Assembly: GCA_023265625.1 (NCBI GenBank)
Contig: JAHFST010000004.1
Location: forward strand, 129,709 to 193,708
From: Deltaproteobacteria bacterium
GTDB lineage: Bacteria; UBA10199; JACPAL01; JAHFST01
Length of the DNA stretch: 64,000 nt
Direction of reading: 5' to 3'
Below, piece after piece: positions 59,601 through 64,000 of the stretch (the first letter of the stretch is position 1; the number at the start of each line of letters is the position of its first letter). The notes beneath the pieces were generated by a model. That model was given only the letters and a program-made list of their open reading frames with translations. It had not been told where the DNA came from and made no database searches. The position numbers and the translations under genes are program-made.

Positions 59601-60330
59601 ATTCCATGGGGCGCGTTATCTCACCGTCGCCGGAGATTATCTCTATCTCATCGCTGATTCCGGCTTGAGCATCCTCAGTATCGATAATCCGTTGCAACCT
59701 AAGATCATCAAGACCTTTGGGGCCCCCTTTCTCAACGATCCGCGGGTAGTGGCCATTCAGTTCCGTTATGCCTTCGTGGGAGATGCCGATGGTCTCAAGG
59801 TGATCGACATCACGATGCCGGAAAAACCCACGCCCGTCACCGGCGTGGTGGTACCGGTCAAGGATCTCCACGATCTGTACCTGGCACGCACCGACGCCTA
59901 TGTGGCCGCCGGTCCGGAAGGGATCTTAATCATCGATATCACGCGACCGACCGCCCCCAAGTTGGCTCAAAAATTTTCCGCCGAAGGCCAAATCAACGAT
60001 GCCCGCTCGGTCCGGGTGGCCGCGACCAACGCCAGCTTCTTTGCTTATGTGGCCGATGGAAAAAATGGTCTGCGCGTCATCCAACTCACCTCCCCCAAGA
60101 CCCCCGGTTACTATGGTTTTGCGCCCATTCCACAACCCAAACTGATCGCCACCTACCCGACCAAGGGCCCGGCCATCGCCCTGTCCAAGGGGCTCGACCG
60201 TGATCGGGCGGTGGATGAGAGCGGTCACCAAGTAAGCATCTTTGGCCGCATGGGCTCTCGCCCGTTTACCTTGGAAGAGATGCGCCAACTCTTCATGAAA
60301 AATGGGCATATTTATACCGTGCATGATTGA
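56671..60330 (+). CDS. Decahaem c-type cytochrome fused to a C-terminal six-blade LVIVD-repeat beta-propeller
   Basis: 1219 aa with an N-terminal signal/anchor and ten CxxCH motifs. There are six repeats of about 40 aa of the form Y(L/A)Y(V/L)AxGxxGLx(V/I)(I/V)D(I/V)xxPxxPK. Confidence 0.85.
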   Translation: MIPMDKDGRNKLRPYRNPVRQKLLLITSLVIIAAPLFSLDRRDDPLLRQTPAEEKVKSAGCLTCHTDIEPMHASPNVRLGCTDCHGGHENIELPAGAQKGGPEYERVKQQAHPKPTYPKRWPSAANPVRPYSLTLKENKEWIRFVNPGDFRVVDQTCGRCHTSEAYRSPRSVMTHVAPFWGAAAYNNGIVAPKLPFLGESYSPEGIARKLTTVPPPSAAETKRGIIPVTVPLPRWNITQPGDIAIRSFERGGRVSRIDPSEIGNPNLSELDDPGRPDMKLSDRGLGTQLLISSPVLNIHKTRLNDPHLSLFGTNDHAGDYRSSGCTACHVIYGNDRDPEHSGPYAKYGHNGTSSSKDPTIPKNESGHPIQHRLTNAIPTSQCMVCHMHQPNAFVNTYLGYQMWDYESDGEFFYPKKQQQLTPKERTEALESNPEGAVIRGLWNDPKFLNHVSELNPKLKTTQFADYHGHGWNFRAVFNKDRRGNLLDASGHKVSDTDPAKFKKAVHLKDIHLEKGMHCVDCHFNQDAHGDGKLYGAYADAVAISCVDCHGTFRERAKIEATGPAGQGSLADTVTTFGKRRFVWRGGELIQRSSLYADKEWAVPQVVDSITPGSTHFNPKAYRAKTIVASDGHQVAHDYDKMTCYTCHTSFVTNCFGCHLPQKANEKREMKHFEGETSRNWTSYNPQVLRDEGYMLGKWGPSKGGKIAPVRSSSALLISSMNANREQIYFEQAPISTPGYSSQAFNPHYPHAVRKTETKTCTDCHISDKNDNNAWMSQLLLFGTNMVNFMGRYAYVGLAGEGYEAVKVIETEEPQAVIGSYLQSLAYPADYQKHLEKKSILQTGYHHHGDTINCLQLRGEYLYAANGQDGLRVYDVANVDNKGFSERTVTSPVSPLGQQTHVASKEATCVALPTNMPIDPTRKVAAENQEQAWHPLYHYAYVSDREEGLIVVNVDTLADGNPRNNFLKRALTYNPDNLFHGARYLTVAGDYLYLIADSGLSILSIDNPLQPKIIKTFGAPFLNDPRVVAIQFRYAFVGDADGLKVIDITMPEKPTPVTGVVVPVKDLHDLYLARTDAYVAAGPEGILIIDITRPTAPKLAQKFSAEGQINDARSVRVAATNASFFAYVADGKNGLRVIQLTSPKTPGYYGFAPIPQPKLIATYPTKGPAIALSKGLDRDRAVDESGHQVSIFGRMGSRPFTLEEMRQLFMKNGHIYTVHD

Positions 60331-60365
60331 GGAAAAAATGAGAATAAGGGCAAAGGGAGAAAAGT

Positions 60366-61214
60366 ATGTCGGCTGATGAAAGCTTTTTAGCAGAGGTGCC
60401 GTTTTTTAAGCTCCTCGATTTGGACGAGACCAGGGCCCTGGCCGCTGTCATGCATGAGGTTCATTTCAGCCCTGAGCAGATGTTGTTTCATTTTGGGGAT
60501 CGAGGGGATTGCCTTTACATTGTCAAGCGCGGCAAGGTTGAACTGTTCGTCAAGGATCATTCGGGTGAAAAGATCGTGTTACGGGTGGCCAACCCGGGGG
60601 ACTTGTTTGGCGAACTCGCCATGTTGGATAACGGCCCGCGGACCGCGTCGGCCGTTGCGGTGGAAGACACCGACCTGCTTATCTTGCACCAACAAGACCT
60701 CCTAAAATTCCTCCACAAAAAACCCGATGCCGCCCTGGACCTCTTGGCGGTGTTGGGAGGCAGGCTGCGAAAAACCAACGACCTCCTCAGGGGACGCGTG
60801 ACCCGGAATGCCAATGAGGAGATCAAGCAAGATTTAAGCTGGGGTCAAAGACTGGCCAACTTCATTGCCGAGTTCAGCGGCAGTATGCCTTTTCTGTTTA
60901 TCAACGCCGCCATGTTTGCCGTCTGGATCTTGCTCAACGTCAACATCATCCCCGGCTTTGTCCCCTTCGACCCCTACCCCTTCGGCTTCCTGACCATGGC
61001 CGTCTCCCTGGAGGCCATCTTCCTCAGCATCTTCGTCCTGCTGGCCCAAAACCTGATCGCCGCCAAAGACCGCATCCGCGCCGACATCGAATACGAAATC
61101 AACCTCAAGGCCGAACTAGAAATCGCCTACCTCCACGAAAAATTCGATCACATGAATGCGGAGATGCTGGGGCAATTGGAGCAGATTAAGAAGTTAGTAA
61201 AAGATAAATCGTAA
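60366..61214 (+). CDS. Cyclic-nucleotide-binding domain protein fused to a DUF1003-like two-TM membrane domain
   Basis: 282 aa. The cNMP-binding (CAP effector) signature is FGELAMLDNGPRTASAVAVEDTDLL. The C-terminus has 2 TM helices with a DPYPFGFLT motif. Confidence 0.65.
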   Translation: MSADESFLAEVPFFKLLDLDETRALAAVMHEVHFSPEQMLFHFGDRGDCLYIVKRGKVELFVKDHSGEKIVLRVANPGDLFGELAMLDNGPRTASAVAVEDTDLLILHQQDLLKFLHKKPDAALDLLAVLGGRLRKTNDLLRGRVTRNANEEIKQDLSWGQRLANFIAEFSGSMPFLFINAAMFAVWILLNVNIIPGFVPFDPYPFGFLTMAVSLEAIFLSIFVLLAQNLIAAKDRIRADIEYEINLKAELEIAYLHEKFDHMNAEMLGQLEQIKKLVKDKS

Positions 61215-61224
61215 AGCGGCACCG

Positions 61225-61968
61225 CTAATCAAACTTCTCCTGATCCTCACTCTTCCCCGTCCCCTCTTTGGTGTATCCCTCAATCGTCAACCGATCCGAA
61301 TAAAACCAATCATACATATCCCGCCTCAGCTTGGCCATCCAGCTCTGCCCTTGTTCCTTGCGCTTGAGGTTGTAAAAAACCACCCCCTCCGCCATGACCT
61401 TCGTATCAAGGCCCAGCTTGGAGGCCCGCTTGGTGAAGAATCGTGAGAACAGGCCGGTCTGGAACCAGCTGCTCCAATTGTCAAAGGTGCGGTCATGCTC
61501 GTGGAAGGAGCGGTATTGGAGATCTTTGATGGCTTTTTCAAAGGGATACCATTCATGAAAATCCAACTGGTAGGGATTCCCCTGGACCTTGGGCCCGATC
61601 AGCTCGCCGACCTGCTCCCCATTCTCCTTCACATAGCCCTTGTCCAACGAGCGGAAAATCCCCTCCATGATGAAGGTCTTACCGTGCATGATCTGCAACG
61701 GGTCGATGATGTTTTTCCTATTTTGCACCTCCAACAGGCGACCTTTTTCCAGCAAAATTTTGATGTTGGTCCCGTCCAATTTCTCAACCGCGATGGTCTC
61801 GGGATCCTCAAAGACCCACTCATAGCCGGGATTGACCTGGTCAATCACCAGATAGACCTCCGGCACCCGCAACTTGAGGCTGGAACCGTGCTGCTTAAAC
61901 TGTTCCCGATTGACCGGGAAGGTCTGGCGCAACAGAGGACATTGGATCTTTGGAAAATCGGTCATCAT
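61225..61968 (-). CDS. ATP-dependent RNA/DNA-ligase-like nucleotidyltransferase (KxDGxN motif I)
   Basis: 247 aa. The motif VEKLDGTNIKI matches covalent nucleotidyltransferase motif I (Rnl2/DNA-ligase superfamily). It is small, so only the adenylyltransferase domain is present. Confidence 0.5.
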   Translation of the reverse strand: MMTDFPKIQCPLLRQTFPVNREQFKQHGSSLKLRVPEVYLVIDQVNPGYEWVFEDPETIAVEKLDGTNIKILLEKGRLLEVQNRKNIIDPLQIMHGKTFIMEGIFRSLDKGYVKENGEQVGELIGPKVQGNPYQLDFHEWYPFEKAIKDLQYRSFHEHDRTFDNWSSWFQTGLFSRFFTKRASKLGLDTKVMAEGVVFYNLKRKEQGQSWMAKLRRDMYDWFYSDRLTIEGYTKEGTGKSEDQEKFD

Positions 61969-61971
61969 AAA

Positions 61972-62274
61972 TTAAGCCGCCTTCTTTTTGTCAATAAACG
62001 TAATTCTCAATTCGACGCCTAGGGCGTCACATGCCCTCTGGATCCACTCCATGGAGGTATTTTTTCCCGTAAACTTCTCATACACAGCCTGACGGGAAAT
62101 ATTCATGCGACGGGCCAGTTCATTTTTGTTAATCTTCTTTTCCGTCATAACGCGAAATAATCCACCAAGCAAGTCTTGGAATTTTAAGAAATTTCTATCT
62201 TCTGGATCATTGGGATCCAAACCCAAAAGTTCGGTAACTGTTATTTTTCTTTTCCCTTTAAAAATCTTTTCCAT
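61972..62274 (-). CDS. HTH XRE-family antitoxin
   Basis: 100 aa with the HTH segment INKNELARRMNISRQAVYEKF. It overlaps the toxin gene. Confidence 0.65.
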   Translation of the reverse strand: MEKIFKGKRKITVTELLGLDPNDPEDRNFLKFQDLLGGLFRVMTEKKINKNELARRMNISRQAVYEKFTGKNTSMEWIQRACDALGVELRITFIDKKKAA

Positions 62275-62642
62275 CGCTTCACCCCTCGATTGACCGCTTG
62301 GCTCATGCCCCCTTTACTCTTGTGAACAGCGGCCACAATGATTAAATTCGGCTCCCTCATCGCAAAAATGATTCGTTCTCCCCTTCCTTCCGCTCTAACC
62401 TCCCAGAGATTCAGTTCCAGCGCTTCCTTTTGACGCTGTAACTTCTTCAACAAGCATTGCTCGATTAACGGAGCGTAAGATCTTCCCTCTTGGAGGGCTT
62501 TTGCCAAAAACTCCAAACTCTGAAATAGAGTTTTTCTCTCCTGTTTGCCAATTTCGAATTGTTGACAATCCTTGAGTAGGACATTTTGCCCATCCTCTTC
62601 TAAAACCCAAATACCGGGCTTCACTTCTATGATATCGATCAT
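62241..62642 (-). CDS. HigB/RelE (Gp49-like) type II toxin
   Basis: 133 aa. The C-terminus (LWEVRAEGRGERIIFAMREPNLIIVAAVHKSK...A..R...F) parallels the toxin at 726..1043. Confidence 0.6.
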   Translation of the reverse strand: MIDIIEVKPGIWVLEEDGQNVLLKDCQQFEIGKQERKTLFQSLEFLAKALQEGRSYAPLIEQCLLKKLQRQKEALELNLWEVRAEGRGERIIFAMREPNLIIVAAVHKSKGGMSQAVNRGVKRWKRFLKGKEK

Positions 62643-62649
62643 AATTACA

Positions 62650-62671
62650 ATGTCAAGTTATATCTTGACAT
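62650..62671. promoter_or_regulatory. Perfect inverted repeat ATGTCAAG-ttatat-CTTGACAT immediately upstream of the toxin start
   Basis: Read directly from the sequence. It is positioned as a TA autoregulatory operator. Confidence 0.5.
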
Positions 62672-62826
62672 ATCCTATTTTCACTTTTGGATTGATCCAT
62701 GACGATAGCCCTCAATAAGCAATATCGAGGCCAACTAAGACAATGAAGAAAAACGAGTACTTATTAGACTGGAAAATATGAAAACCGACCGATTTTCGGA
62801 CGGTGGCGTCCGAAAATCGGACTACA

Positions 62827-63996
62827 TTACGGTTGTGCAACCATTTTATGCAATTGCTCCATCCCCGCCGCGAAGACTTTGGGATTGTAACGCGCTGGAT
62901 CTTTGACATCGAGCAGGTCGTAGAGTTTTCTGACTTGCTGGAGTACCGCCGGACGGCCCACTTTTTGGCCGGCGGCCGACAAGGTCAGGGCGTCGACGGC
63001 CATGAGCCCCTGCTCGGCAACGCGGAAGCCGCCCTTTTGATAGGCCTCCTGATCGCCGCTGATCTGCTGGACCAGGGCCTCAACCAAGGCGGGCTGAAAA
63101 CCAAAAGAATCGATCTTGGCTACCAAATCCTTCATCTGGCCCGCCACCTGATTCGCCGCCTGGGTGACCCCTGGGAGATCGGGCTGATCGCTCCGAAAGG
63201 CGGCATCGATCGTCTCGATCGACCCGGCCAATTCCTTGTCTTGCTCCGGAAAGGCCTGTTGGAGGAAGTGACGGAAGATGGCGTAGTGTGAGGCATTCCA
63301 GAGCGCCTTGCCGGGGACTTGCGGGTTCAGCGGCCAATTCACATCGTAGATATTGTGATGACACGAAAAACAGTTGCGATCCGCTTCATCAAGGCGCTTG
63401 CGCTCGCCAGTTCGTTTCGCCAAAACCTCCATGGAACGTTGCAAGGCCAGCGCCTGCCCCACCGCCCAAGACTTGGCCCCGGCCCAAGGTTGTTTTTCCT
63501 TCCAGTGTTTGGGCATCACGGCGCTGAAGGTGTCCAATTCAAACACGAGATCAGGATGTCCCGCGGACAAGAGACCATGATCGATCCCCGAGTGGCAACG
63601 CAGGCAACCATCCGCACGCTTCGCCAAATCACGATTGTCATACATCCCTAGCTTCAGAGACTCGGCGTAGGTCCACCCCTTACGGGTATGGGGTTCGAGC
63701 CAGGCCCCGGCCCGACCGTGGCAGCCCTCGCAACTTACCCCATCATCGCGATCATACTTAGGCCCACGCTGCCCGGCTTCAGCGGTCACCCCATGACACG
63801 TCAAACAGGTCTCCGACTCATGGGCCGGGGTTTTTAAACCGAGCACCCGCGCCATCGTTTGAGATCGTGGATTAAACAAGACGCCATAAGCCTTGGCATG
63901 CTTGTCCTCCGTGGCCCAGGTGGTGAATTGATCCTTCCCGGTCTGTGTCCCGCCATGGCAATTACTGGAACTACAACTCGTGGCACCCATCATCAA
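62827..63996 (-). CDS. Multihaem c-type cytochrome, 5' end probably beyond the window
   Basis: At least 389 aa. It has four CxxCH motifs (CLTCH, CEGCH, CLRCH, CFSCH) plus a CSSSNCH (CX4CH) motif. The reading frame stays open to the window edge and no signal peptide is seen. Confidence 0.7.
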   Translation of the reverse strand: MMMGATSCSSSNCHGGTQTGKDQFTTWATEDKHAKAYGVLFNPRSQTMARVLGLKTPAHESETCLTCHGVTAEAGQRGPKYDRDDGVSCEGCHGRAGAWLEPHTRKGWTYAESLKLGMYDNRDLAKRADGCLRCHSGIDHGLLSAGHPDLVFELDTFSAVMPKHWKEKQPWAGAKSWAVGQALALQRSMEVLAKRTGERKRLDEADRNCFSCHHNIYDVNWPLNPQVPGKALWNASHYAIFRHFLQQAFPEQDKELAGSIETIDAAFRSDQPDLPGVTQAANQVAGQMKDLVAKIDSFGFQPALVEALVQQISGDQEAYQKGGFRVAEQGLMAVDALTLSAAGQKVGRPAVLQQVRKLYDLLDVKDPARYNPKVFAAGMEQLHKMVAQP

Positions 63997-64000
63997 CGGA

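Noticed and set aside
45973-62671. Shared ATGTCA/TGACAT half-sites between the 45973 palindrome and the 62650 TA operator as evidence of a common regulator
   Set aside because: The spacing differs (2 bp versus 10 bp), and a 6-bp motif recurs by chance in 64 kb. It is treated as coincidence.
1-64000. CRISPR arrays, rRNA genes, intact IS elements/transposases/integrases
   Set aside because: No regularly spaced short repeats, no rRNA-like sequence and no transposase- or integrase-like ORFs were seen. The only mobile-element trace is the repeat-bounded rhuM fragment.

Overview
This 64 kb window comes from a Gram-negative, moderately GC-rich bacterium; the taxon cannot be determined from sequence alone. 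It contains one tRNA, about 58 protein-coding genes and several candidate regulatory sites and repeats.

Gene content, in order:
- A tRNA-Gly(CCC) on the minus strand at 174..245, next to a HigB/HigA-type toxin-antitoxin pair.
- A roughly 25 kb anaerobic nitrate-respiration island (1.2-26.7 kb). It holds an anion-type porin, an NnrS-like membrane protein, a membrane-anchored dihaem cytochrome c, narGHJI, two tandem NarK transporters, a complete alternative complex III operon (actABCDEF), a hemerythrin-like protein, and a complete molybdenum-cofactor pathway (moeA, moaD, moaE, mobA, moaA, a moaC-mogA fusion) ending with a TSUP transporter. The nar and act genes run together with overlapping stop and start codons.
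- A mixed accessory stretch (26.7-46 kb). It holds an ICMT-like membrane methyltransferase, a giant DAGK_cat-like lipid-kinase-domain protein, RlpA, an acyltransferase, a truncated rhuM island gene bracketed by 35 bp direct repeats, a tandem methyltransferase-like protein, an L,D-transpeptidase, a 1-Cys peroxiredoxin, DinD, an HTTM protein, an SPL-like radical-SAM protein with an N-terminal extension, TrmL, a CHASE2 cyclase and a HipBA module.
- A seven-gene envelope/cAMP operon (46.1-53.5 kb): small secreted protein, M48 peptidase, TPR beta-barrel outer-membrane protein, Pro-rich FecR-domain protein, lipoprotein, MBL-fold hydrolase, and a second CHASE2 cyclase.
- A tandem GlcG/HbpS-like lipoprotein (53.4-54.9 kb) and a cNMP-binding DUF1003 protein (60.4-61.2 kb).

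The two most unusual candidates:
- A translationally coupled outer-membrane beta-barrel plus 1219-aa decahaem cytochrome c carrying a six-blade LVIVD beta-propeller (54974..60330). This looks like a new porin-cytochrome electron conduit.
- A three-gene minus-strand operon (61225..62642) that fuses a HigB-like mRNA-interferase toxin, its HTH antitoxin and a small KxDGxN nucleotidyltransferase (RNA-ligase-like) protein, with a perfect palindromic operator upstream.

No CRISPR array, rRNA or intact transposase was found. All functional calls rest on motifs visible in the translations and on remembered family signatures. No database search was run. Coordinates follow the supplied ORF track, with start sites refined where an internal Met, signal peptide or overlapping stop made that obvious.
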